Shown here one piece after another: positions 54,417-64,000 of a stretch of 64,000 nucleotides of DNA. The stretch is taken from positions 4,000,001-4,064,000 of the forward strand of contig CBDBZU010000004.1 of the NCBI GenBank assembly GCA_965213625.1, written 5' to 3'. The DNA comes from a bacterium (lineage in GTDB: Bacteria > UBA8248). The translations under genes were made by a program, and so were the position numbers. Under the pieces are notes generated by a model. It did not search any database and was not told the DNA's origin. It worked only from the letters and a program-made list of their open reading frames with translations. How positions within the stretch are numbered: position 1 is the stretch's first letter; the number at the start of each line of letters is the position of its first letter.

Positions 54417-57400
54417 ATGAGATTTTACGAGCCGCGGATCCCCGTGCGAAGCATCGCAGCCGCGGTTCTCGTATCCTTTCTGGCTGCCGGACCGGCCATG
54501 GCGCAGAACCGTGAAGCGATTTGCGAGCCCGTCGGCGGGAACCCCGCTGCTCAGGTCTGCACGGGGTCGGACTACACCGGCATCCATTACTCCCCGCAGG
54601 ACGTGCCGCAGGATGGACTGGACCTGACGATCGTGGGCGGCTCCGATAAGGCGGGCACCATTACGATCATCGGACAGGGCCTCCAGGCGCCGTTGCCGAA
54701 CGGACAAAGCATCGAGGTGATGGATCACAGCATTTCCGTGGAGTCTGCGGCTGAGGCCGCCGTTTCCGTAACGCTCGAAGGTCACACACGAATCCAGACA
54801 GACGGTGTAGGTGGCCACGGCATCAACGTGAGACAGCACCGGGCCGGCTCGTTGGACGTCACGGTGAACGGCGGTCCGATCATCACGGGGGGCCAGAACG
54901 CTTATGGCGTGAACGCCGAGCATCTGGGCAAAGGCGACATCTCCATCACAGTCGGGAAGGGCGCCGACATCACGGCGAAACGCGAGGGAAGCAACGCCGT
55001 GCAAGGATTCCAGCATCACGACGGCTCCGTAACCATTCGGGTCGAGGAAGACGCCGTCTTAAGAGGAGCGCCAGGACTTGGCAGGGGCATTGCCGCCTTC
55101 TTGACGAACGATGAAAACAGCGGCCGCATCGTAATCGACAACAAAGGGACAATCCTGGGTGGTTCCTTGACGGAGGGCATCCTCGCATGGGCCCGCCGCA
55201 GAAGCGGGCATATCGGCTACACCAGAGAGGACGGCGGGAGGCAAGCTCCCGTGGAGATAATGAACGACGGGGCCCGTGAGGAGCCGCTGATCCATATCGT
55301 CTCGAGCGGAACGATACGGGTCGGTGATCCGGATATCATCGGCCTGCCGGCCCAGCCGGATCCACAATCGCTCTCCCTCGGGATCAACCTCGGCATCGTC
55401 AATGGACTCCTCAAACCTCCACTTCCCCCGGCCGGAGCGGGGATCCGGGCATACGCGGTCGACCTGGTGGATATGCTGGTTCATGTCGCCACGCCAAAAA
55501 TCCTGACACCTGACGAGTTAACGATCCTCGCCGCTCAGCTGCAGATCCCTTCTCCCCCCGAACTGACGCCTGCGCAAGTGCTGGCGGGTGCGCTCGGCGC
55601 AGTCGACGCACGAGGAAATCCCCTGCCCGTAAAGGTCCTCTCGCCAGCGGAAGCGGAGGTCATTCGCGAAATCCTGAATGACACCGGCGAGGATCGCCTG
55701 AAGGAGGCGCTCGATAATTTGACGTTGGCGACCTCACCAGAATACACGGAAGCCTACAAGAACAGAGTCCGCGAATTCGAGGTGAGCTACAACGCCGGCG
55801 ACATCCTGATTGAAGTGACGGGCGGAAGCATCACGTCCTTCGACGGTTTTGGCATTCACGCCGGCTATCCCATACCGAGCAGTATGAGAAACGGCGAGGT
55901 TCGCGTTTCCGTATCGCAGGGAGCCTCCGTGACGGGTTATCTCGACGGCATCAGGCTGGCCACGGGCGGCATTGTCGACGGCAGGCGCCAACACTTCGTT
56001 CACGTCGCAGGTGAAGTCACGGGACAGTTCGGCGTCGGTGTTCATCCGGTCGCAGGCGGCGACGTGACGGTCGCGCGCACCGGCAGGGTATCCGGATATA
56101 CTGGCATTTATTTCGCCGGAGGCACGGGCAACGGTGATTTCCCCGTCACGAACAACGTGGCGAGGGTGTTCGGCGAGGTGGCGTCGACCGGCCCCTTGCT
56201 CCAGACGATAACGGACCCCCTGACCCGGGAAGTAACCAACGTCAGACACGCAGGAATCAAACTCGAAGGCGGCGGTACAGTGATCGTCGGTCCGCACGCG
56301 CGGATCACGGCGCAATCGGGGGTGGCGATCCTCGGCGAACCATGGAGCGCAAGGCCCAACGCGCCCGCCGACGTCGCAGTGGTGATTGAGCCGGGCGGGA
56401 ACATCGAGCAACGGATTCAGGGCGCTATCAGGAATCTACCTGGCGCCGACGGAGCCTCGCGCGCCCCCCGGATATACCTTCAGCCGGGCAATCGCGCCCT
56501 GCCATTGACTGAAGGAAGCAAGATGCCGCTCGGCGTCTGGGACGTCAGCCTACAAGATGATAACGGAGACATCTCCGTAACAAGTGAATGCGGCGCGCGT
56601 GCGCAGGTGTACGAGGCGCTGCCATTCGTGTTGACGGATCAGGCCCGCCTCGCGACTTACCAGGAGAGGATGCTTGCCGCGCGCAACACCCAGGGTTTCT
56701 GGGTCCGCCCCACATTCGGCGGCGGCAAGTGGAGCGCTAAGACCTCGACATACGGCGGGACCTCCTACGATTACGATGGCTATCGGCTGGAAGGCGGGCT
56801 CGATATTCCCACTGGCAAGCACGTCACCCTCGGCGTAGCGGCGCACCACCGCCGCAGTTCCGTGGATGTCGGAGGCGTCGGCGAAATTACGCTGGCGGGC
56901 GAGGGGTTGAGTCTTTCCGGCGCCCTGGATAACGGGCGCTACTATGTCGACGGCCAGATTGCGATAGGCTGGCACCGCCTGGATATGAACGCCGCCTCCC
57001 TGGGCGCCATCGCGTCGGACGTTTCCGGTTCCGATTATGCGTTGGGAATCGAGGTCGGCCGCCTTACCGAAATGGGCAGTCTGCTCCTTACGCCGAGAAC
57101 AGGATTGGCCTACTCTTCGTTCTCACTGGATGATTTCACCGCCGGGGCGTCCACCGGCGGCGGCGCGGTTTCGGTGGAAGACGCCGAGAGCATGGTGGGC
57201 CGCGTGGGCCTTCTTGTGGAGAAGGGCGAGGAGGATGCGCGCCGCCTGTTCGCGTCGGTGGACATCGAGCACCAGTTCCTGGGCGCCGAGAAATCGATTA
57301 TCGTCGCGAGCACGAAATTGTCGGCGCGCGCCCACCCGACCCGGGTCCGCTTGGGTCTCGGCGGCAGTATGCGACTGGGCGATCGCGTGCCGCTTCTTCA

Positions 57401-57479
57401 GGGGCAGCTCGGGTTCACGACGGCGGGAAACAGCACCTACGACTTCCTCGCGGAAATGAAAATGAAGTTCAGCTTTTAG
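54417..57479 (+). CDS. Autotransporter (type Va) surface protein
   Basis: Signal peptide (...AMA/Q), Gly-rich beta-helix-like passenger, C-terminal barrel (FWVRPTFG...LTPRTGLAYS...MKFSF). Start uncertain (54336-54417). Confidence 0.85.
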   Translation: MRFYEPRIPVRSIAAAVLVSFLAAGPAMAQNREAICEPVGGNPAAQVCTGSDYTGIHYSPQDVPQDGLDLTIVGGSDKAGTITIIGQGLQAPLPNGQSIEVMDHSISVESAAEAAVSVTLEGHTRIQTDGVGGHGINVRQHRAGSLDVTVNGGPIITGGQNAYGVNAEHLGKGDISITVGKGADITAKREGSNAVQGFQHHDGSVTIRVEEDAVLRGAPGLGRGIAAFLTNDENSGRIVIDNKGTILGGSLTEGILAWARRRSGHIGYTREDGGRQAPVEIMNDGAREEPLIHIVSSGTIRVGDPDIIGLPAQPDPQSLSLGINLGIVNGLLKPPLPPAGAGIRAYAVDLVDMLVHVATPKILTPDELTILAAQLQIPSPPELTPAQVLAGALGAVDARGNPLPVKVLSPAEAEVIREILNDTGEDRLKEALDNLTLATSPEYTEAYKNRVREFEVSYNAGDILIEVTGGSITSFDGFGIHAGYPIPSSMRNGEVRVSVSQGASVTGYLDGIRLATGGIVDGRRQHFVHVAGEVTGQFGVGVHPVAGGDVTVARTGRVSGYTGIYFAGGTGNGDFPVTNNVARVFGEVASTGPLLQTITDPLTREVTNVRHAGIKLEGGGTVIVGPHARITAQSGVAILGEPWSARPNAPADVAVVIEPGGNIEQRIQGAIRNLPGADGASRAPRIYLQPGNRALPLTEGSKMPLGVWDVSLQDDNGDISVTSECGARAQVYEALPFVLTDQARLATYQERMLAARNTQGFWVRPTFGGGKWSAKTSTYGGTSYDYDGYRLEGGLDIPTGKHVTLGVAAHHRRSSVDVGGVGEITLAGEGLSLSGALDNGRYYVDGQIAIGWHRLDMNAASLGAIASDVSGSDYALGIEVGRLTEMGSLLLTPRTGLAYSSFSLDDFTAGASTGGGAVSVEDAESMVGRVGLLVEKGEEDARRLFASVDIEHQFLGAEKSIIVASTKLSARAHPTRVRLGLGGSMRLGDRVPLLQGQLGFTTAGNSTYDFLAEMKMKFSF

Positions 57480-58018
57480 GGAGCGACCCGGGCCGACGCG
57501 TGAGATTCGCGGCGCCGGACTATCTCCTCCCCGGGGAAGTTCGACTCCTTCCCGGGTCGAGGCTGACACGCATCTGCCCGCATCTGCCGTGGCCGGGCGC
57601 CCGCGGCGGTGAGGTATGATGAGAAGGCCCTCCGCCTGTCTCCGGTTTTTTCAGGGGGCGGGTCGCGCGCCGGTCGCAGGCGCCATGTGGCCGCCCCGCC
57701 CAGGCGCAGATCGAAAAATATGCAAATAATAATATCTGAAAATTTCGATAAAATTAGACAAATTCACGGGGTTTTTCAATAAATTTCCGGCTATTTATTT
57801 TGCTGGGAAACGACGCCGCGGAACAACGACGCAGGAGAATTCTGCCATGGACAGCTATTCACGCGCAGACGGCAATTGCGCGGACTTGCGGGGAGTTGCG
57901 GGGGAAGTGAGCGGAATTTCGTGAATCGGCGGGTTTGTCGTAGAATTCGAGGCGCTATGCGCACCGCCATGGCTCGGCGATATTTTCATAAGTAACTGAT
58001 AATTATTATCTTATCGAT

Positions 58019-59260
58019 TCATTCGATGACGACATGCTCGCGAGTGGGTTCTCCCAGGTGCTCCATGCCCGTCTCTGTGACGAGCACGGTATATTCCGCA
58101 TGCACGCCGCCCTCCCCGAATTTGCCGGAGGGCAATTCCACCGAGAGCACCGCGCCCGCCGGCAGGGAAATGTCTGAATTTGCAGGCAAAAACGGATCGT
58201 CGAGCTTCACGGGCTCGCTCAGCGTATAGGGCAGTTCGCGCGCCTCGATGCCTATCGTGTGCCCGCAGAAGGCGCCGTTGTAGCGCGGCAGGCCCGATTT
58301 TTTCGCCGCCGCCACCGCCGCGCGAAAGATCCCGGATGGCTTCACACCCGCCCTGATAACGCCGAAAGCGGCCTCCAGCCCCGCCTGGATGGCGCTCCAC
58401 TGCGCCTTGCGCTCCGCGTTCGGCTCGCCGAACGAGCCGCAACAACCCACATCCCCACAATAGTGGTTCAGCCGCATCCCCGCATCGAAGAAAAACCCGT
58501 CTCCGGGCTCGAATTTCCGATCAGAAGGTGGAAAAATGGACGCCGAACGCCTCCCGCCACCCAGATGAAACCAACTCCATTTGCCGCCTGCTGCGGCCAC
58601 GGTGCGGTAGTAGTGGCTCGCCACCTCGCGCTCGGTTCGCCCCACGACCATCCCCTCGTGAAACGCGACGACGGCTTGTTCGTTCAAGAGCGCCGCGGCG
58701 CGCATGCGCTCGATCTCTTCTTCCGTTTTTTGAAGGCGAATCAGCCGAAACAGGCTTGAGGCATCCATAAAAGATACACCCGGTAGAGCCGCTTCCAGGG
58801 CACCGCGCGTAGCCGGGCGAATACCTTCGTTATCGAGCGCCACTTTCCCGCTCGACAAACCCCGCTCACGCAATATCCTGAGCAGAGCGTCCACAGAATT
58901 CGCCTCGCGCGGGGCGTCTTCGGCGATGAGAGATATGTAATTCCTCTCTTCTTCGGTAGCTCCCGCTTCGCCGGGCGCCATATCGAGCGCCGAGCGGGGG
59001 CCGTAGCCCCTCACATCCTCGATCCACGAACCCGTCGCCGCGTAGTAGGTCTCATCCTGACGGGAAAGTATCAGCCCGGGCGGAGAAGACTGATCCCGAA
59101 AGAACAGTGCGAAAGTCTCCGTCGTGGCATCGCCATAGGTATATTGCGCCCAGCCCTGAAAACCCGAGAGATACAAGACGTTGTGCCTTGTCGTGGCTAT
59201 CAGCGCGTCGAGATCGAACCTCTCCATGAATTCGAGCGCGCGTTCCTTATGAAAAAGCAT
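58019..59260 (-). CDS. M24 family Xaa-Pro peptidase/creatinase-like hydrolase
   Basis: NVLYLSG, RLQKTEEEI, FDAG...YCGD, GHTIG, SVE, AEYTVLVTETG. Confidence 0.88.
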   Translation of the reverse strand: MLFHKERALEFMERFDLDALIATTRHNVLYLSGFQGWAQYTYGDATTETFALFFRDQSSPPGLILSRQDETYYAATGSWIEDVRGYGPRSALDMAPGEAGATEEERNYISLIAEDAPREANSVDALLRILRERGLSSGKVALDNEGIRPATRGALEAALPGVSFMDASSLFRLIRLQKTEEEIERMRAAALLNEQAVVAFHEGMVVGRTEREVASHYYRTVAAAGGKWSWFHLGGGRRSASIFPPSDRKFEPGDGFFFDAGMRLNHYCGDVGCCGSFGEPNAERKAQWSAIQAGLEAAFGVIRAGVKPSGIFRAAVAAAKKSGLPRYNGAFCGHTIGIEARELPYTLSEPVKLDDPFLPANSDISLPAGAVLSVELPSGKFGEGGVHAEYTVLVTETGMEHLGEPTREHVVIE

Positions 59261-59286
59261 GAACATCCTCAAGTAAGAATAGTGAA

Positions 59287-62200
59287 CTATGTTAGGGGTT
59301 CAGAAATCTTATAATCCTTGATTTGCCGGATTAGCGGAATCGCGCCGCAAACCAGGCCCGCTACCAGCATGGTGATACTGAAGAAAATGACGAACAAAAT
59401 AAACGTGATGAAGCAGACGAACAACAGGATTCGCTCGTATTTATAAAGCCTCCCCAGAAGCCAGCCTTGTGTTCCCGCCGAAAAAGCGATGAAGCCCAGG
59501 AGCGTCATGGATGCGGAGAGAGCGACACGCAAAGGATGCGCGAACGTAAGCAGGGCCGGGTCAAACATGAACAAAAACGGCACGATAAAGCCGACGATGG
59601 CGAAGCGAAGAGACATCATGGACGTCTGGAAATAGGACGCGCCCGCCAGCTTGGCTCCCACGAGCGAAGCTATCGCCACGGGCGGCGTTATGGCGGAGAG
59701 AATCGCGAAATAGAAGATGAACATATGGGCGGCTACCCGGTCTCCTTTGGCGGCCACGAACTCCTTCACCCATTCGGCTCCGTACACATGCGTAAGTTCA
59801 GGACCCACGAGTTTAATCAGTACGGGGCCGCCCAGAATAGCGAGCAGCACGTATGCCGCCGTCGTCGGCATGCCCATTCCCAATATCGCACAGCAAATCG
59901 CAGTGAGCAGGAGCGCAACGAAGAAACCATCGAGACCAATATAATACGCGCACCCGCCGCCCGCCGCAGGGCCGAAGAAGCAGATATCCTGGGCGAGAGC
60001 CTCGATCATATAGGCGAATTTATTTCCCACGCCCGTGATGGTCAAAACCTGCACGACGACTTCGATGGTGGCCAGCGTCACGGCGAACTCCGCCCCTTGC
60101 CTTCCACCTACCCTCAAGGCATCGCGAATGCTGAAAATCCAGTTCGAGGCGCTCTGCGCGGCTTCTACGCCTGCGCCCGTCTCGCCCGTATTCTTTGCCC
60201 GCTGCAGGTAGGTAAACGGATTACAAGATACGGCCAGCACCTGTTTCATGCTCGGCGTCGCGCTATCGGCGTCAGATTCTTGCGAGCCGAATGAAAAGAT
60301 AACCTTCTGCACGATAATGGCCAATCCAAAAAAGATCAGGCCGTCATAGATGAACCCGAAGGGAACGAACCATTCGCCAAAATTCGCTATTCCGGGGGCG
60401 AGAGCGTAAATCCCTTTTTGCACGTAATACGCACCCACCCAAATCATGACGAAATACCAGGGTATGGTCGTAGTAGGTTGCGCCCCATTCCCCCTTAAAA
60501 CAGACCATGCACTGAGCAAAGCAAGCACAATGGCGGCCCCCGCCACGCCGGAAGACCAGCCGAAAGCACTCCATAAGGCCAGCAAAGTGAGCGGGAAGAC
60601 GGCTAGCCAGCTACGCTCTATCTCATTCCAGAATTCACCCACCCAGGAGAAGGTGCGGGTGAAAACACTTACCAGAACGAACCCGGTGACACCCAATGCC
60701 AGAGCGGCCCGTATGGCGCCGCCCCAAGTTGGTTTTCCGTATATCCCCAGTGGCACTCCGAATCCCAATTCGAAAATCGAGAAAACGGCAAACAGGAAGA
60801 AAGCGAAAACCCAAAACGTGACCGGCACGAAAACGAATATTTCATCGGCAATGGTCTTATCGCCCCTCCTCATCGTGCCCAGAAATTCCGCCACTCTCCG
60901 GTAAAACCAAACGCCCACCATGATGAAAACCGACATGACGCCCGCAAACACGGGTGTTCTGCCCTCGAAGAGGAAATAGACCAAAAAGGCCAGGGGCACG
61001 AGGTAGAACCATCCGTTCTTCAGTTCCTTTTTCCAACTTGGGATCTCGGATTCGGGCAATGGCTTGATATTCAGCGCACCGGCCGCAAAGTGGATGTTAA
61101 TCCCAACAATGGTGAAATATAAAATGGCCGGTATGGTGGCGTATCCGATAAGCTGGAAATACGGCACTTCGATTAGTTCACTCATGATGAAGGCGCCCGC
61201 CCCCATGACAGGCGGCATGATTTGCCCCCCGCTGCTAGCCGCTGCTTCCGCCGCTCCAGCGATGTGCGGGCTCAGCCCGATTCGCTTCATCAGGGGAATC
61301 GTGAATGTGCCTGTGGTCACGACGTTACCGGATGCGCTGCCCGACACCGTACCCATGAGCGCGCTCGACCCCACTGCGGCGAGACCGGCGCCTGCACGCA
61401 TTTTCCCGAACAGACCCAAAGCGAAATTCACGAAAAAGCGGCCGGCGCCCGATTCATGCAGAAACGCCCCCAGAATGAGGAACATGATGATAAACGTCGC
61501 CGAAATGACGACCAGAAAACCCAATACACCACCGATAAAGTCCGTCGAGAGTTTCGCCTGAAGTTCGAGCCATGTATGGCCGCCGTGCCCGAAAGGAGGC
61601 GCAAAGAGATTGCCCCAAATGCCATAGACGAAAGCAATAACCGCCAATGTCGGAAGGGGAGGTCCGAAACAACGCCTCGTCAATTCGATAGCGACGACGA
61701 GCATGACAAAGCCGACGCGCGCATCGCCAATCGTCGGGGCGCCGGGGCGATCGACCATCTCTTCATGGTAGTAGAACAAGTACAGGCAGGCGGTTGCTAC
61801 GAAAAAAAGCATCCCGGCGTTCAGGCCCATCGTGAACCCCGCCGGAAAAGGATGCGCAGGGTATTCTTCAAATACCTCTTTGATTCGTCTTTTGGCCCAA
61901 AAAAGAGGAAAAGCGAACACAACTACCGGCCAAAGGGACAAGACGCTTCTCACCTCATCGCTTTGCCCGGCCCATAAACCAACCCGCCATCCGATCAGAA
62001 TAAGCGCAACAAAAAACACCGCGAGGAAAACGCCTGCTTTTTTCACCCCCTCGGCAGGCCTGAAGAAAACGGCGAACAAGGTCCACATCACAGGAATGGC
62101 GGAGCATGCGATTATAAGCCACCAGTGCGTCGGTTCATGCGTGCTTTCGGGCAAAGAATCCCAATACAGGAACAGTATCGGCGCAGGAACAAAACTCAAA

Positions 62201-62613
62201 ACCCATAGCAAAAGCGCGAGCCATGACTTCTCGACGACCATCATCGCTATCCATAAAGCGAACGGAAGCGCATAAACCCACCAAACACTCCAGTCAGACC
62301 AACCTTCCCCCATCTCATAGACGAAATAATAAAAAATGACTGCGGGAACCAGGGACAAAAGATAAAAAACGGGAAGAAAGTTCAATTTGCGAATTTTGTC
62401 CCCATAAATCTGAGGCATCGCCCCGGCGCCACCGATGAGGAGAATCGTATAGGCCAACAGCATGTGCATGTTGGGGTGCATCTCACCCGGTAAAGGCCGC
62501 AGATAGACTGCGGAAACGTGGTACAAACCCGACAGCACACATAACCATGAAGCGATGAAAACCAGAGCCCTTACGAGAGGAGCCGATTGGGTGGGGTCTG
62601 ATTCAGTACTCAT
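59287..62613 (-). CDS. TRAP transporter fused 4TM/12TM permease (unusually long)
   Basis: SGSASGNVVTTGTFTIPLM, EAAASSGGQIMPPVMGAGAF, LGMGMPTTAAY, AHMFIFYFAILSAITPPVA; AGGAG RBS before MSTES. Confidence 0.92.
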   Translation of the reverse strand: MSTESDPTQSAPLVRALVFIASWLCVLSGLYHVSAVYLRPLPGEMHPNMHMLLAYTILLIGGAGAMPQIYGDKIRKLNFLPVFYLLSLVPAVIFYYFVYEMGEGWSDWSVWWVYALPFALWIAMMVVEKSWLALLLWVLSFVPAPILFLYWDSLPESTHEPTHWWLIIACSAIPVMWTLFAVFFRPAEGVKKAGVFLAVFFVALILIGWRVGLWAGQSDEVRSVLSLWPVVVFAFPLFWAKRRIKEVFEEYPAHPFPAGFTMGLNAGMLFFVATACLYLFYYHEEMVDRPGAPTIGDARVGFVMLVVAIELTRRCFGPPLPTLAVIAFVYGIWGNLFAPPFGHGGHTWLELQAKLSTDFIGGVLGFLVVISATFIIMFLILGAFLHESGAGRFFVNFALGLFGKMRAGAGLAAVGSSALMGTVSGSASGNVVTTGTFTIPLMKRIGLSPHIAGAAEAAASSGGQIMPPVMGAGAFIMSELIEVPYFQLIGYATIPAILYFTIVGINIHFAAGALNIKPLPESEIPSWKKELKNGWFYLVPLAFLVYFLFEGRTPVFAGVMSVFIMVGVWFYRRVAEFLGTMRRGDKTIADEIFVFVPVTFWVFAFFLFAVFSIFELGFGVPLGIYGKPTWGGAIRAALALGVTGFVLVSVFTRTFSWVGEFWNEIERSWLAVFPLTLLALWSAFGWSSGVAGAAIVLALLSAWSVLRGNGAQPTTTIPWYFVMIWVGAYYVQKGIYALAPGIANFGEWFVPFGFIYDGLIFFGLAIIVQKVIFSFGSQESDADSATPSMKQVLAVSCNPFTYLQRAKNTGETGAGVEAAQSASNWIFSIRDALRVGGRQGAEFAVTLATIEVVVQVLTITGVGNKFAYMIEALAQDICFFGPAAGGGCAYYIGLDGFFVALLLTAICCAILGMGMPTTAAYVLLAILGGPVLIKLVGPELTHVYGAEWVKEFVAAKGDRVAAHMFIFYFAILSAITPPVAIASLVGAKLAGASYFQTSMMSLRFAIVGFIVPFLFMFDPALLTFAHPLRVALSASMTLLGFIAFSAGTQGWLLGRLYKYERILLFVCFITFILFVIFFSITMLVAGLVCGAIPLIRQIKDYKISEPLT

Positions 62614-62736
62614 ATTTCTCCTTCTTTCTCCACCGTGGTGGTGCATCATGGTCAAACGAAGCTAAAGATGTGAACAATTCCATTCTAGCGGATAGCCTCA
62701 TTGTTTTGCCAGCGACTCAGCGACTCATGAATATCC

Positions 62737-62801
62737 CCATGAACTTTCCGAATTCTGTATTTGTCCATCTCCATGAACCTTCCGATCTTCGTACTTGACC
62801 A
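62737..62801. repeat. Degenerate 34-bp-period direct repeat in divergent promoter region
   Basis: CCATGAACTTTCCGAATTCTGTATTTGTCCA / CCATGAACCTTCCGATCTTCGTACTTGACCA. Confidence 0.6.
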
Positions 62802-62930
62802 AACCACATGGTTTTGCTTTAGTATAGCCGCCTCGATAGACATTCAAGACTTGGCATTTTATTCATGAGTTTCGATTTAACTGATCGAAACAAACATTTG
62901 CTTGAGTAATTTTCACTATCCAAAAAGGAG

Positions 62931-63911
62931 ATGCAAATGAGAAAAGCAACCTTTCGGTTGATTACGCTGGCTGCTGGCCTTGCCCTGGTTATCAGCGCGG
63001 CCCCGGCGGCGGGTGCAGCCAAAATCCTTCTGGGAACCTCCCAGCCCGGCGGCGCCACTTTCGAGATTGGAACTGCGATGGGCAAAGTCATCACGGATAA
63101 CTCGGGCGGAAAAATTTCCGTAGATGCAGCCGTCACCGGTGGTTCCACCGCAAACGTCCGCATTCTTCAGAAGAAGAACAAAATGCAGCCTTTCCGCATG
63201 GGCATGGCCACGGCGCCTGCCGTCGCATGGGGGCAGACGGGCAGAAAACCCTTCAAAAAACCCCAGGACGTTCTGGCCCTCGGGGCTCTTTACCCGTTGA
63301 CGATTGTCTACACCACCTTCAAGACCACAGGCATCAAAAAGTGGTTTGACCTCACCGGCAAACGATTCGTCGTCGGCGGTCGTGGCGGCTCGATCTACAT
63401 CGTCACGCAAATTGCGCTCAAGCACAGCGGCATGTTCAAGAAAGTGAAACGCGAATTCTTCAACAACAACCAAAACTCGGCCGCCATCAAAGACCAACGG
63501 GTGGACGCGGGCTTTTTCTTCCTGAACGGTGGGGTTCCCGCACCTGTGTACATGGATCTCGCACGCACGCTCTCCGGCAAGCTCCATTTCTTCGGTCCGG
63601 ATGAAGCCACCATCAAAAAACTCGCCGATACCGAAGCGGGCATCGTGCGCGATGTCGTGCGCGCCGGCTCCATCCCCGGTTACGACAAGGACGTCGTAAG
63701 CTGGGGCCAGATGTGGTCTTTGATGACCAACAGCAAAATGAGCAACGACAACGCATATGCGATTGTCAAAGCCCTGTATGACAATCACAAGCAAATCACC
63801 AAATACCACCCGGCCGGAAAATTCATCACCAAGAAAACCGGCCTCCGCGGCCTGAAGAAACTCAAACTGCATCCGGGTGCGGCTCGCTACTGGAAAGAGG
63901 CGGGCATGTAA
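62931..63911 (+). CDS. TAXI family TRAP solute-binding subunit
   Basis: Signal peptide, GTSQPGG, TGGSTANV, DLTGKRFVVG, LHPGAARYWKEAG. Confidence 0.93.
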   Translation: MQMRKATFRLITLAAGLALVISAAPAAGAAKILLGTSQPGGATFEIGTAMGKVITDNSGGKISVDAAVTGGSTANVRILQKKNKMQPFRMGMATAPAVAWGQTGRKPFKKPQDVLALGALYPLTIVYTTFKTTGIKKWFDLTGKRFVVGGRGGSIYIVTQIALKHSGMFKKVKREFFNNNQNSAAIKDQRVDAGFFFLNGGVPAPVYMDLARTLSGKLHFFGPDEATIKKLADTEAGIVRDVVRAGSIPGYDKDVVSWGQMWSLMTNSKMSNDNAYAIVKALYDNHKQITKYHPAGKFITKKTGLRGLKKLKLHPGAARYWKEAGM

Positions 63912-63927
63912 GCATCACCGAAACTTT

Positions 63928-63958
63928 AAAAACCCCCTGCTTCGGCGGGGGGTTTTTG
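63928..63958 (+). terminator. Rho-independent terminator
   Basis: AAAAACCCCCTGC-TTCG-GCGGGGGGTTTTT. Confidence 0.88.
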
Positions 63959-64000
63959 TTGTCTCTTATACTCCTCGCCATCCATGAAAATGATGTTAAA

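Noticed and set aside
57525-57562. Hairpin beginning CCTCCCCG after the autotransporter, similar to the HEPN leaders
   Set aside because: The match is only ~8 nt, the 3' arm differs and it lies at a gene 3' end. More likely a terminator or stabiliser, but it should serve as a control in the HEPN-leader test.

Overview
GC-rich diderm bacterial chromosome segment. Mla, an autotransporter and the RNase Y/6S/zapAB cluster are compatible with a Nitrospinota/Tectomicrobia/deltaproteobacterial-like lineage, but that is inference only. The first ~30 kb is mostly housekeeping: mlaEDC, alaS, a methylmalonyl-CoA mutase subunit, ymdB-rny-ygfA-6S RNA-zapAB, pheST, rplT-rpmI-infC-thrS, tRNA-Val, clpXP-tig, tRNA-Leu, metH and folE2. 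A 49-aa membrane sORF sits between rpmI and rplT. From ~30 kb the window is accessory. It contains an amidohydrolase with a MetE-II-like enzyme, an ftsH, a HATPase-STAS-PIN three-gene module, and a deiodinase-like selenoprotein (in-frame UGA plus SECIS hairpin) ahead of an LLM monooxygenase and a flavin reductase. It also contains three short TIR-bounded elements (two carrying REP doublets), HigBA and RelE/XRE toxin-antitoxin pairs, and two paralogous HEPN RNase genes, each preceded by a promoter and a related structured RNA leader (candidate RNA-antitoxin system). The last part holds an MpaB/Lcp-like oxygenase split by an intact IS256, followed by MMPL and FAD oxidoreductase genes, a lipoprotein, an autotransporter, and a divergent TAXI-TRAP transporter with an M24 peptidase. 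All family calls come from motif recognition by eye; no database searches were run.
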